This document shows, piece by piece, positions 1 through 12,895 of a stretch of 64,000 bases of DNA. The translations under genes and the position numbers were made by a program. This stretch comes from Octopus bimaculoides (lineage: Eukaryota). The stretch spans positions 63,931,033 through 63,995,032 of the forward strand of contig NC_068984.1 of NCBI RefSeq assembly GCF_001194135.2, in the 5' to 3' direction. How positions within the stretch are numbered: position 1 is the first letter of the stretch; each line of letters starts with the position of its first letter. The notes under the pieces were generated by a model, which was given only the letters and a program-made list of their open reading frames with translations, made no database searches and had not been told where the DNA came from.

Positions 1-126
1 ATTACATTATAAAAGGGTTCATTTTTATGTTTCAAGGCTAGCTTTTATTATTTCCTTTGTATTTTAACAGCAGGAACAAACGCACAAGGGTTAAAAGCAT
101 TTATCAGAAAGTATATTCTTTCGCAG

Positions 127-180
127 AACCAGCAACGTTGATAAATGAGAATGTTTTATAGCTTATCATGCCTCATCAGC
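127..180 (+). other. Possible exon (weak)
   Basis: ttctttcgcag acceptor and GC|GTAAGT donor; ends ATG CCT CAT CAG C. The reverse strand also resembles a decayed CTGATGAGGC hammerhead relic, so the call is ambiguous. Confidence 0.2.
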
Positions 181-1004
181 GTAAGTATATTTATGCTTGC
201 GTCTGCCGGAATAGGAGGAAATAATTTGCTGTGTATAAGGTTTATATGAGAAACATCAAATGACACTGAGAAATGAGATTAATTGTTAAAATTTGACTTA
301 ACTACATGCTCGACAGAATAACAATACTAAAACCTCTTTACTGTATGTTTAGTGTGCAGCAGAGATTAGTTTATTTGTAGTATCTACATTTAAAATTCCT
401 TGTTTGCACCATAGTTAGGACTGTTCTTTCGATGTATTAATGCACTGCTAATGTGTTAGACTTACAGCAAAAGGGACGTAGATCCATGTCAGGGTATTTA
501 TGATACAGACCACGAAGGAGCAATGCAGAAAAAGCATTACTTAATGAAATAAGAGTAGCAATCTAAATAGACTGAAATATAGCCAGTGTACAATAATAAG
601 TCACTTGCTCCATAGGAATAGTATAAGTGGGACGGAATCCTTAAAACTAACATGAAATATTACAGGGTAAAATACATATGATACACATAATATATCACTG
701 TAATAACTAGGCAGAACACAATGACTGATACCTTGATCCAATAGCAATGCCTCGTATACACAGATTGAATAAAACTGGTCATAATGAGTGTCTGTGTGTT
801 CTTTATTCTATAGTTTGATATTGAGTGGTGAAAAAATTATTACCCTTAGAGTCATTTTACGTTACGTATGAAAAAGGGCAGAGTACGTGCAAGAGCAGCG
901 ATAAAATAAATTAATAATGTGGAAACTCCAGGATATGTCAACGATTATATGACACAAAACGGGTTCAGATGATTCAAGAAAAGTCACACCAGGTTCAAAA
1001 GTAA

Positions 1005-1340
1005 ATGAAGGTAGAGGAGACTTTCTGTTGTAGAAGATGTGGGTTGGAATGTTTGAACAACAGCCAAGGACAAGCACTGTCGGCAAAGCTTAGTCCTTCA
1101 CAAAGCGCCATCAATCGACACCGCCATAGGCTCAGCCTTGTGAAGAGTTGCTATCGAGAAGTTCCTCCTGAACTGGCCAATGTCCAGGTTCAACGATGTA
1201 TCAACATTTGCCTCCAACCGCTAGCAAATCCTCGAGATGCCCAACTGTGTATTGTGAGATGATCGTGCTGCAAACGCTAACCTTTATGCTCAACAACTGC
1301 ACCGAGTTTATGATGCTTTGCTTTCTAAGCCTCTTACCCG
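1005..1340 (+). mobile_element. Degenerate mariner transposase fragment
   Basis: Translation LSAKLSPSQSAINRHRHRLSLVKSCYREVPPELANVQVQRCINIC resembles the second HTH plus the (W)VPHEL linker. It is followed by ANLYAQQLHRVYDAL, matching the mariner 'Y.QQL.R' segment. Confidence 0.7.
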
Positions 1341-1567
1341 TACGTATATATGCATATACTGATTTATTATTTGTTTATATATATATATATATATATATAT
1401 ATNNNNNNNNNNNNNNNNNNNNNNNNNNNNNNNNNNNNNNNNNNNNNNNNNNNNNNNNNNNNNNNNNNNNNNNNNNNNNNNNNNNNNNNNNNNNNNNNNN
1501 NNNNNNNNNNNNNNNNNNNNNNNNNNNNNNNNNNNNNNNNNNNNNNNNNNNNNNNNNNNNNNNNNTG

Positions 1568-1614
<47 letters not shown>

Positions 1615-1639
1615 TGCATGTGTGTATGTATGTGTGTAT

Positions 1640-1893
1640 ATATCCGTTTCACGGTATTACCTTGAAGGGTTTACTCCGAGAAATTGACCCCGCTACTTTG
1701 TTTTTAATTCTGGTACTTATTTTTTTCATTTTCTCATTGCCGAACAACTAAATGGCGTAAAAAAAGAACACCGAATGTGAAGCAGTAGGGGAAAATCACG
1801 CACATACGCACGCGCATGCACACTCATGCATACATACACACGTGCGCGCGCACACACACTCGCATACGCAGATACACATTCAAATGCAAACAT

Positions 1894-1935
<42 letters not shown>

Positions 1936-2090
1936 TCAATTTGTGTCTACCTAATCTAGTCACAAGTCTTTTTCCGGCCGTAACTGTAGCAGAAGACACT
2001 TGCTGAAGGTACCACGCTGTAGGATTGAACCCAGAGCCATGCTGTCGTGAATCAACTTTCTTACAAAATTGCCACACCTGCGCCTATCTT
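1640..2090 (-). mobile_element. tRNA-headed SINE family A, diverged copy
   Basis: Reverse complement taggcgcaggtgtggc...gggttcaatcc...ccttcagcaagtgtcttct, internal (CA/TA)n and a matching 3' half; homologous to the other family A copies in the window. Confidence 0.75.
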
Positions 2091-2532
2091 TATAGGCGCA
2101 TTGGGCTGATGTTAAATGTAATTGATCCTATATATATATAGGTGCAGGCAGGTTGATGCTAAATATGGAACGAGGAAAAACAAAAGAAAAGTAAGAAGAC
2201 CAAAATCTTTGGTCTCTTGGTCACCAGAAATCGTAATTAATCTAGATGGTGTAGAATAATATAACGGAGAAGAGACCAAAGTCTGTGGGAAATGTGTGTT
2301 TGTCTTTATTTACACGTCTGACTGTAATGCTACCAATTAGCATTATAGTTAGAGATGTACACAGTTTGCTCGCATTATGTGTTCCAACGTTCTTTGTATT
2401 TGTGCTCAAATACCACAGAGGTCAAGTTTATCATTCATTCTTTGAGAAACAATAAAGTAGATAACTGTGTAGGTTGATGAATTGACGGAATAGTTACAGC
2501 ATCGCACGTAGTGCTTTTTGATATCTGTCTAG

Positions 2533-2577
2533 GCTCTGAGCATTCTGGATTGGGAAACGTCACGCCAACAGAAGACG
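2533..2577 (+). other. Candidate 45-nt internal exon
   Basis: tgtctag acceptor and ACG|GTAAGA donor; length is a multiple of 3; open in phase 0 (ALSILDWETSRQQKT) and phase 1 (SEHSGLGNVTPTED). Confidence 0.3.
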
Positions 2578-3524
2578 GTAAGAAGTATGTCAAGTAATAT
2601 TATAATTCGATGAGGAAAATTTTCTCTTGGTTCGATCAAAAGGCCGACTGCTGCCACCACGCCGTTATATTTGCGAGTGTGTATATGCACGTTTGTCTCT
2701 TTGTGAATATATGTATCTATATAAGTTTGAGTGTTCAAAAGAAAAGAGAAAATAAAATTGTAAAAGTGATTATATGTTGCAGTAATTTTAATATGAATTT
2801 GAATATATTTGAATAGCATCTCATAATTATTAAATTATTTTATGACTCATCAATTAGACACAAGGAATATAATTATAATTTATGAATGTATTATTTAATG
2901 CAGTAATTCCTTTCAAACACGTGTTCACCATAGGGAAGAGGAAGTATTCAACTGAATAAAGCGAATGTTTATAATCATTGTTAATAATTCAACGTATGTA
3001 GTTAAATTTCATACGTATAAGAATGGATAATTATGTTTTTGAATCCGTACAAAAGATTAATTTTTCTGCATATAATTTCTAATTCAAGTGATACGTGCAC
3101 CATCTCTTTCACATAAAATTTACGTTTAAAATCAGGTATTTATTTTGTACTTCTTACGAGGTAAGTTGTGTTGTTATTGTTATTCTTTAATTCGAGATTT
3201 CTTTCATTAAACAAGCACTATATATGTAAAGAGAAAATGACACACACACACCTGTCAATATACGTGTGTATTTGTGTGCTTGTTTATACATATACGTGTG
3301 TGTGTGTGTGTGCGTGTGTGTGTATGCATGCATCCGTGCGTATGTGTTTTCACTCGTCTACGCACATTTACACACAAACTAGACAGTAGACAGTAGGTTA
3401 CGATTTGAGAGAGATTTATGTGTTATTTCTAACTTATCCATTGACGACGCAAACGCAATTCAGTTGCCTAGCGACCACATATTTTAAGAGCAGCTGATCA
3501 TTTATCATACAGTAATACAACACA

Positions 3525-3680
3525 ACCGTTTATGTTCTGAATTCACTGGGATGAAACTTGCTTTTCACCGCCCCGTTGTTCGAAAAAATAAGTGCCAGTC
3601 AAGAAATGGGCTCGATTTCATCACATGTTGACCCCACCCCCCACTCACATACAAAGATTTCACTATTTTGTTATGGTATC
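3525..3680 (+). mobile_element. SINE family B, highly degenerate
   Basis: Partial similarity (ttctgaattc...aaataagtgccagt...ggctcgattt) to the other family B copies. Confidence 0.4.
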
Positions 3681-5551
3681 TTAAATGTAAAAAAACTACT
3701 TGTGTTCTTGTAACTCACATCACTTCTCTAGGTCTGATAAGGTTGACCATTTTCTCTCTTATACTTATTGAAAATGTGCTTAACTCATTACCTACCAGTG
3801 ATCTCATATGAGATCACTTAAAAATTACAAATTTCGTAATTATCTGTCAATATTTACACATATCTAACCTTTTTGCTATATCTACTAGGTATATTTATCT
3901 GTTATTCAAATGAGGTTTGGTAATTTTTCACCCAATATCTCGCTTATTTCTATTTAAAATGTTATTTTGAAATGTTATTTTGATCATTCCAGCGTGTTTG
4001 TAAGGCTGTTTTGTGCTAGAAATCAATGTTTCATATAAAATTCCAGTTAATAAAATAATGTGAGGTAATGGGATAATCGTTGCTATATTTAGTTTCTTTA
4101 AACTATTCTATTTACAGAAAATTACTTCCGTGTTTCTGGTTGTATATGTACACAAACATAAGTTGATAAAAGCAAGCATACCGGAAGTGCCTTATGGTGT
4201 ATAAGTCATTTATATTAATTGTTCAACCTGTTAGTTCTGTTTAAATCATGTAACAATAATAATTATGTTAACGACGCATTTTTGTTTTTGGTCACCGTGA
4301 ATTGTATAAACTCCAGTATTTGGTTTCTACATACTCTTACAATCCCTGAAACCTGAAGGGCAAAGGAGAGACCATTACGAATCGAAATCAGAGTATGTAT
4401 TATAGTCAATTGTATAAAATTCAGTATTTAGTTGCTACATACTGTTGTAATAGCTGAAAACAGGAGGGGAAAACTTGACGTCATCCCGATTCTAGATCAG
4501 AACAGAAAGCTATGAAAAAATTTATTAATTCACCATATGAAAATTAGGCTCTTTTACGGATAAATTAATAATGGTATAATTCTAAGCATCTGAGAGACCA
4601 GGTTGTAGCAATTTTAATAATTTGACAGCACTATTCTTCTTATGTCTATAGCCAGAATATCTATTTTTCAGAAAGCCAATCCGACCTCCTAAAGGTAATA
4701 CTATGTTTGAGCACTGTATCCAACTAATATATTAATGACAGTCTTTTTAACGAGATTCCTTGATTCTACTTTCTACCGTATCCACAATGGTTGTTTAATC
4801 TTAATACTTTCAATGATATATGTATGTGTTCGTGTGTGTGTGTGTGTGTGTGTATCCTTTCCCCATCGAGGAAACCTTCACCTCCAATTTTCCAAGATAT
4901 TCATATAAATTCCTTCCTTTATGATTGTATTGCGTACTACTATGAATATCAGTATAAAGACGCAAACAAAGTGGCGCAATATGAATATGCAAGACCTTTC
5001 TCAAGTTCAACATGTGATATTCCTTTTCTCTTGTTCATTTCAGTGATGGGGCTTTACATTTTGTTATATACCAGCTCCTTTCTTAGAACAATATTTCACG
5101 TAAATTTGTCTACAAGAGAATATACACACATACATACATAAGTAACAATCGTGAGAAATTGGGCTTCTCAAAATTAGTACGGAGAACCACATTCAAGATT
5201 ATAGATCCAAGTCATCACTGAAGCTGTAAACGTCTGTAAAACTTACTGTAACTTTGCCATTTAAGTATATATGTGCATGACTAGACATGCAATGTTATGT
5301 ATCGGAAAACATGCTTTAAAACAAAACATGCAAATCTGAACCTGCAGCGACTCCAGATACTGCACAAATACAGGGTTGATGTTGTTGAAATTAAATGAAG
5401 GAGCATGGCATTTAGGTAAGAAAACGGTTCTCTCTAACTCTACTGGCAAGAAATCTTGAAATAAAACTGAATAATGACATACATACATAAATAAACATAG
5501 GCACAAAAACACACAACCATCCTATCGTAGCACACACACATACAAACACAA

Positions 5552-5591
<40 letters not shown>

Positions 5592-5846
5592 GCACACACA
5601 CACACACACAAATATATATATACACACACACATACACNNNNNNNNNNNNNNNNNNNNNNNNNNNNNNNNNNNNNNNNNNNNNNNNNNNNNNNNNNNNNNN
5701 NNNNNNNNNNNNNNNNNNNNNNNNNNNNNNNNNNNNNNNNNNNNNNNNNNNNNNNNNNNNNNNNNNNNNNNNNNNNNNNNNNNTATATGTGTGTGTGTGT
5801 GCGTGCACGCAGGCATTTGTGTGTCTTTGTGTGTGTGTGTAGGCAA

Positions 5847-5850
<4 letters not shown>

Positions 5851-5919
<69 letters not shown>

Positions 5920-5926
5920 TAATAAT
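5851..5926 (+). repeat. (TAA)n microsatellite
   Basis: Directly visible. Confidence 0.95.
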
Positions 5927-7322
5927 ATTTGCTGTAAAGATTTCTTGCAGAACCCTATATATGTTATATTATTCGTCAGATTAATGAATATCACTCTGAA
6001 TAATGCATTATACGGAAATGATATTTATTTCCTTACCAATATTATTCTGCGAAAGGAAATCGGTTTGGTAAAATTAGCATCGCATGTATCCACTAAGATG
6101 GTCATGCACAGTTCGCTCATAGTGTTTTGCCACGGACTGTAATGTACGTATAACTAATAATATTTCTTTATGCCTTAAATACCGAGAATTTTAGCCTAAC
6201 ATATTATCTCCATAACAACATTTAATGTATATTTACCATTCTGAAGAAAACATACATACGTTTTACTTACACTGATTAGATTAGTTTATGAGAGTATTGT
6301 ATGCATATTCATTACTTAATGACGTGAATATTTCAATAGTTATGGCGCATTTGTTCCTCTCCACTACATTATGAAATAGTGTGTAAAATATTGAAATCAT
6401 TTCATAGTTTTTCCTTCATATTGGTGAAGATCTATTTACAGAGTGTTGGTTTTAATAACATATTGAATGCCAAAACAAAGTTGTTTTTTCGAATGACTAT
6501 TGTATATTCTCGAATATCTATGCGAGAGTTCTCTTATGTTTTGTGACCTTGTTCTTGCTACACACGTAATATATGAGCAGTGAATATTAGATTATGTCAA
6601 AAGTGTTCAGCACAGCTTATCTTGACGTATAGCAATCGTGAGATTTTGTGGTTAGATATTAGGATTATTTCAGATTTCTATGACAATCCGAAAACTTCAC
6701 TTCGCTGCTTTTCCTTTATATGCACATATATGATGAAATCATTACCTTTTTTTAATCTCTAGAACGCAAAGCACAAGTAATGTGATACGACATTAATCAA
6801 GTATATTTCTCGTATATTTCTCGTACCTATGTTTCCATGCTTATTTGCATTCAGGCTCCTACTGACATTATTGTCGTTAGTAGTATATATCATTTATGTT
6901 CGGATAATCACAACGTATATTTTCTCAAGACGTCTTGTTTCTTAATCAAAATATTTATACTAATCAAAATAATAAAAGAAAATATTTGTCATATGTTTTC
7001 TAAGTTCAACTGAAGTACGTTTTGCTTCAATATACAATATCAACATCTGTAACTTTCTCACCAATTACAATAAAGCTATAGTAAGACTTCATTATCGAAA
7101 GCAAAAATAGGCCTTCGGTATCTATTCTTAGTTATGTGATTGATTTTACGGAAGTTTCTCCTGTGGATATGTTGAAGGAGATATCATGATGTTACTTTAT
7201 GCTCACTACAGTAATTGTTATTCCTGTATAATTACAAGTATATTTTACAATGTCTTAGAGAACAAACTTGTTCGTGTTTTCATTTGTAAAGCAAAGAATT
7301 ATATATAATATATTACATATAT

Positions 7323-7323
7323 C

Positions 7324-7382
<59 letters not shown>
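7323..7382 (+). repeat. (TAG)n microsatellite
   Basis: Directly visible. Confidence 0.95.
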
Positions 7383-7383
<1 letters not shown>

Positions 7384-7429
7384 TTGGTACTAATAATAAT
7401 CACAACAGTAACTAAAATAATAATGATTT

Positions 7430-7625
7430 CAAATTTTGGCACAAGGTCAGGAATTACGGAGAGTGGGTAAGTTGATTGCATCGACTCCAGTAAGCGACTG
7501 GTACTTAATTTAATCGACCCCGAAAAGTTGAAAGGCAAAGTCAACCTCAGTGGAAATTGAACTCAAACGTAAAAACGGGTGAAATATTGCAAAGCATTTT
7601 ACCCGGCGTGCTAACGATTCTACCT
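7430..7625 (-). mobile_element. tRNA-headed SINE family B
   Basis: ggtacttaatttaatcgaccccgaaaag...ggcaaagtcaacctc...ttgaactca...gctaacgattct is the reverse complement of the family B head and body. Confidence 0.85.
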
Positions 7626-7634
7626 GAAGAAGAG

Positions 7635-7716
7635 CACCACCACCACCAGCACCAAATCAACTACCACCACTAACACCACCAACATCACCGCTGCCTCCAA
7701 CTACAACGACAACTAC

Positions 7717-7790
<74 letters not shown>

Positions 7791-7815
7791 TAATAATAAT
7801 AATAATAATAATAAC
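7635..7815 (+). repeat. Compound (CAC)/(CAA)/(TAA)n microsatellite
   Basis: Directly visible; ends in a long (AAT)n tract. Confidence 0.9.
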
Positions 7816-8299
7816 AGGAGAGAAGAGCTCTGCGCTGAATAATAACATGGATATGCTACACCTATGGAAGACTTGAAGGGAGTGGTCAGTTAACGAAAAT
7901 AATCACAAAAACGAAAATTTACTGCCATACAAGGCACAGTTTCTCCTATGCACGATGTCTCAGTAAAACGTGTGCAAAATACACACGCGAAATCAAAACC
8001 GGCAAGCTTACAAATTATAAAATATAAACGGAACAAAACAGTAAGGTACATAAATTGAGTAATTACGCATACACTAGAATGTCTATACAATCAAATATAC
8101 ATTTTAATACTCAGAGGACTGCACATACATCCCAATGCTTACACAACTACCGGAAATTTACAGGACACCCATACATGTATATGAAAATACGTGTCACAAA
8201 CGAAGCAAATACAGAAAAAAATGAGAAGCAAAATTTTTATTTTTCGAACTAACACAGACAGAGTGAACAATTCACAAGTTTAACAACTCCAGAAAAAAC

Positions 8300-11038
8300 T
8301 ATGTCCGGTGATAAATTTATCAACAAAAGAAATTACAGATGAATACAGATCTGTTAGCCTTAAGAAGCTACGTTACGAGCAATATTTACATGCAGAGAAC
8401 ACGGAGGCGGTGTTGTCAAAAAAAAAAAAAGACACTAAACAGAAAGATCCGTCTCCTAATGTCAACGTTCAAGCTCGTCATGCCTCAATGATAAAAATGC
8501 AAAATACAAACCGAATTTGTCGTCACTCGAGACACCAAAGACCACGTACTCGAATGATGAACCAGATTCGAGGCGAAAAATCAGCTACTGGTTCAAATCT
8601 TCCCGAAACACAGGAGCTGGAAGTGCCCCACAACAAGAATATTCCAACAGATGGCCATCCATGCTCGTCACCAAATAACCGAAGGGAAAACAATGAAAAA
8701 TGGTCTAGTGGGGATAATAAAGAAGTACTTACGGCCTTCTATCAAAGCCATATATTTTCCCACAAATAAATCTAATACTGTACAAACCTGCTTAAACTAG
8801 AGACAGAAATACCCTACATAGACAGAAACAAACTTGCCAACGCCAGAAGAAACATTATGAAAAAGAAATTACCAACTGAAGTAGAGACTGACTAAATCAA
8901 ACAATCAGTAAGAGATAAAAGGAACGAAGCAACAGCTAAAAAACAAAACCACAGAGCAAATAGACCAGCCCAGGGCTGATGAAAATGTAATAATAATTGA
9001 AAGACTTAATGTAAGTGATAAGCAAAGTGAAATACTCTCAGAAGCAACCATAAAACTAAGTCAGATGAAAATCAAATAAATGAAGAAATTCACACAGAAA
9101 ATCCCCCAGCAGAACTACGTTATCTAAAATTTCAAATCATGATTGAATGGCTGAAAATTAAAGAAACCTGTATGAATTAACCCGACACTCTTCCAATAAT
9201 TCGCAATTCTAACCAAAATATAAAAATAATTGATAAAATCCACCTTGTACTTGAGGATAGAATTTCAGCTAATGATGTTGATATTACAGATCTCAACCAC
9301 CTGTACTATGCATCCGTGAAAATTTCAACGATTCTATGCAATGAAAAGATTAGGAAACGACAACATTCCCACAAAAAGCTACCTTGGCAACACTAAATTA
9401 AGCTGCTCAGGTTTGACATAGAATGTTTAAAATACCTTAAGTCTGACATGTCTATCAAACCAACAAAAACCCGAAAATTAAAGACAAAATATATGACATC
9501 GATACCACCATAGACACTATCAAACAAAAGGTATGTGCTAAAGGTGCTAAAGCTGCCCGCATAGCATTGTATGAAAATATCGTTAGATTCTTGAAAGAGA
9601 ACATTTTCAAAAATAACATCAACATTTTCTACAGGAAGATAGGGAAAATGCCAGTTACAGTAAAGTCTGTCCCATCAAAAGAAGTGCAAGAATTTTGGAA
9701 TAAAATCTGGGCAGCAGGAAAAACACACAATGAAAAGGACCTTTGGGTTGATAGTTTTTCTTTTATAGAAAGTGGATTATTCTCTAATGAGTAAGAAGGA
9801 TGTAAACATGGGTCCTATTGTTGTAAAGATCAGCTACTCATCAATTAGAGGATCTAGGAAGATTGTCACAAACGACACAAAAGCTTGTCTATAGCCTGGA
9901 TAGACTATGAAAAATCTTTTGATAGTCTACCACATAGTTAGATTAAGAAATATCTGGAAATGCATAAAACAGCACCTACTTTGCAAAACTGCTTGTCTGT
10001 AATATGAGATCGTGGAGTAACACACTGACTGAACAGTCACAATGAATCACTTAATGCTGGAGATGTAAGAATTTCACGTGGTATTTTCCAGGGTGACTCT
10101 GTATCACAACTCATCTCTTGTCTAATTTTAAAACTTCTCTGGAAATTGTTCAATGGTGTACAATAATGTTATAAAACTTTTCATAAAAATATAAATCATC
10201 TCATTTACATAGATGATTTAAATGTCTTTGCAATCTATGACTAATAACTACAGGGATTGCGAGCGAATGTTAAACAATTCAGTGACCACATCAGGATACA
10301 ATTTGGCCTCGATAAAATTGCAAAAGCTACCTTTATCAAGGGGAAAATGACAGAAACATCCAATCTTAATCATGACCAGCAGAATGTCATAAACGAATTA
10401 GAACCGGTGGAGGGCTACAAATACCTAGGGGTATTTGAAGGGGACGGAGTCAAACATTTAGTGATGAGGGAAAGGATCAGAAGAGAATGTTATCACAGAG
10501 CAAGGGCAATACTCAAGACAGAGCTGAATGCTAGAAAAAGGATGCAAGCTATCAATACATTAGCCGTACCAGTCGTGACTTACAGTTTCAATATCAATAA
10601 TTGGTGAATTATGAAAATATGTAATCTTGACAGAAAAATACGAAACTTGTTGACACTGCATAGAATGCACTACCCTAAGGCGAATATCGAACGACTTTAC
10701 CTGCCAAGATAGGAGGGTGGCCGTGGACTTTCTCAACCGGAATTAACAATTAAGATTGTCACTATTGGTTTAAACAACTGCCTGAAAATCTCTGATGACT
10801 GGATGTTAAAACTAGTCTTAAAGCATGAAAACAAGAAAGCATCATACTCAGTAACAAAACAACAGGTAAAGGTATATCTAAGTGAATTCCAAATACAACA
10901 AATCCCAGAATTAGACGTACTGGAAACAAACGCAGTCAAAGCTAAGCGTATGAACATCCGTTCTAAAACTGCAGCCTAAGATATTCTTACTGATAAATGG
11001 CAAAGCATCTCCATGGCAATAAGCAAAAGCTTAACAAC

Positions 11039-11040
<2 letters not shown>
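8300..11040 (+). mobile_element. R4/Dong-like non-LTR retrotransposon, decayed (RT with stops, frameshifts and an internal deletion)
   Basis: Motifs GCKHGSYCCKDQLLIN (~9800), AWIDYEKSFDSLPHS* (9894), RGIFQGDS (10078), HLIYIDDL (10198), QFGLDK...YKYLG, and LYLPR*EGGRGL (10696). A-rich sequence from ~7816 may be its 5' region. Confidence 0.85.

Positions 11041-11093
<53 letters not shown>
11040..11093 (+). repeat. (GA)n microsatellite
   Basis: Directly visible. Confidence 0.95.
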
Positions 11094-11095
<2 letters not shown>

Positions 11096-11157
11096 CTATC
11101 GGACTGTTTCTCTCAGATGTAGCTAGTGTAGCTGATGAAGAATCTCGGACATAGCTA

Positions 11158-11295
11158 GGACGTAGATTTTTAAAGGAGTCAGAAGTCTTGGTCTTTACTG
11201 CTCATGAGCAATTTTGGGATGACAATGCTCGTAAGGTGAAAGCAAAAGTGACCGACCAATTCTGTATGTTGTGTCAAGCTTCAACCTGGGAGATG
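11158..11295 (+). mobile_element. R4/Dong-like pre-zinc-knuckle fragment
   Basis: GRRFLKESEVLVFTAHEQFWDDNARKVKAKVTDQFCMLCQ resembles the 'ETE..I.AAQEQAL.TN..K....CRLC' segment of R4/Dong ORFs. Confidence 0.55.
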
Positions 11296-11754
11296 TAAGG
11301 GGGATGAGAGTGATAGAATCGTTATCCGAGAGGAAGTAATGGCAACATCACTGTGACCAAGCATATTCCTGTATCCTGAAATACAAAAACAGTCATTGTA
11401 ACTTAACTCAAAGTCACCTGCGACGACTGACCTGTCATATATCATCAAATTCTTGTTGAAGGATGTCAGGCAGCTTCATTGCCTCCTAAGGTTGTTTGCT
11501 GCATATTTCTTGGGGAAATCGGCGCGCTATTTCATGCGGTAGAATACTTGGAGCCCAAACAAATGAAAGACTGACGAGACAAACGTCGCAGCTAAAACCG
11601 AAGCAAGGTGAGTATGGTTAACTAAAACCACAATAGACGAAGACTATTTCAGTGAAGCGTACAGGCTAACAATAAAAACGACTGTAACCGTGAGGTACCT
11701 ACGGATGATACGCCCACACACACATCCATGCACACACGGACACGAATACAGACG

Positions 11755-11802
<48 letters not shown>

Positions 11803-12588
11803 AACTCACACGCACAGACATACATATATAGAGGTAGAAAAAGGGTAATATAAAACAAAGATGCTTTACGCACAGACCAACACATATGCATGCATACACA
11901 CATACACGCACACGTATGCACATACGTATGCGTGCGATTACCGTCGTCTGTACGGTAGTGTTCGTATTTTAGAGTGGATTCCACTTGAAGCCTCTGGATG
12001 TGCGTGCGTGTGCATAATATATCGCTTAATACTAATGAACACTAATAGTTTGGTTGCAATTTCAATTGTCATAAAGTATGATATTTTCCAAATTAAAACT
12101 GAAAATCACTATCCTTTAGTTATTTATTGAGCCTCAAATATACTTTTAAGCAGAATTGATTGCCAGCAGATAGATTTAGAGATATATGTGGAAATGATAA
12201 TAGAATAATTTAGAATCATATCACCAATTTCAATAAGGTGTTGACCCTAAGTTTAAGAGAAATGATTCCTATTAAAATTATGCATATACTTTGGAAATGC
12301 ACTAAAATTATGACATATATATGTTTATATATATNNNNNNNNNNNNNNNNNNNNNNNNNNNNNNNNNNNNNNNNNNNNNNNNNNNNNNNNNNNNNNNNNN
12401 NNNNNNNNNNNNNNNNNNNNNNNNNNNNNNNNNNNNNNNNNNNNNNNNNNNNNNNNNNNNNNNNNNNNNNNNNNNNNNNNNNNNNNNNNNNNNNNNNNNN
12501 NNNNNNNNNNNNNNNNNNNNNNNNNNNNNNNNNNNNNNNNNNNNNNNNNNNNNNNNNNNNNNNNNNNNNNNNNNNNNNNNNNNNNNNT

Positions 12589-12895
12589 ATAAGCCTAGTA
12601 CTCATTCTATCGGTCTCTTTTGCTGAACCGCTAAGTTACGAGGACGTAAACGCACCAATATCGGTTGTGAAGCGTTGTTGGGGGACAAACACAGACACAC
12701 AAACATATACACACACATACATACATATATATATATATACATATACGATGGGCTTGTTTCAGTTTCCGTCTACCAAATCCACTCACAAGGCTTTATTCGG
12801 CCCGAGGCTATAGTAGAAGACACTTGCCGAAGGTGCCACGCAGTGGGACTGAACCCGGAACTATGTGGTTGGTAAGCAAGCTACTTACCTCACAT
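12589..12895 (-). mobile_element. SINE family A (young-looking copy, cut by gap)
   Basis: Reverse complement of B-box ggttcagtccc, gcaccttcggcaagtgtcttctactatagcctcggg and 3' body. Confidence 0.9.

Noticed and set aside
11541-11612. Strong donor AAG|GTGAGT with a possible upstream acceptor
   Set aside because: No convincing open frame or partner exon; it lies in decayed repeat-like sequence.
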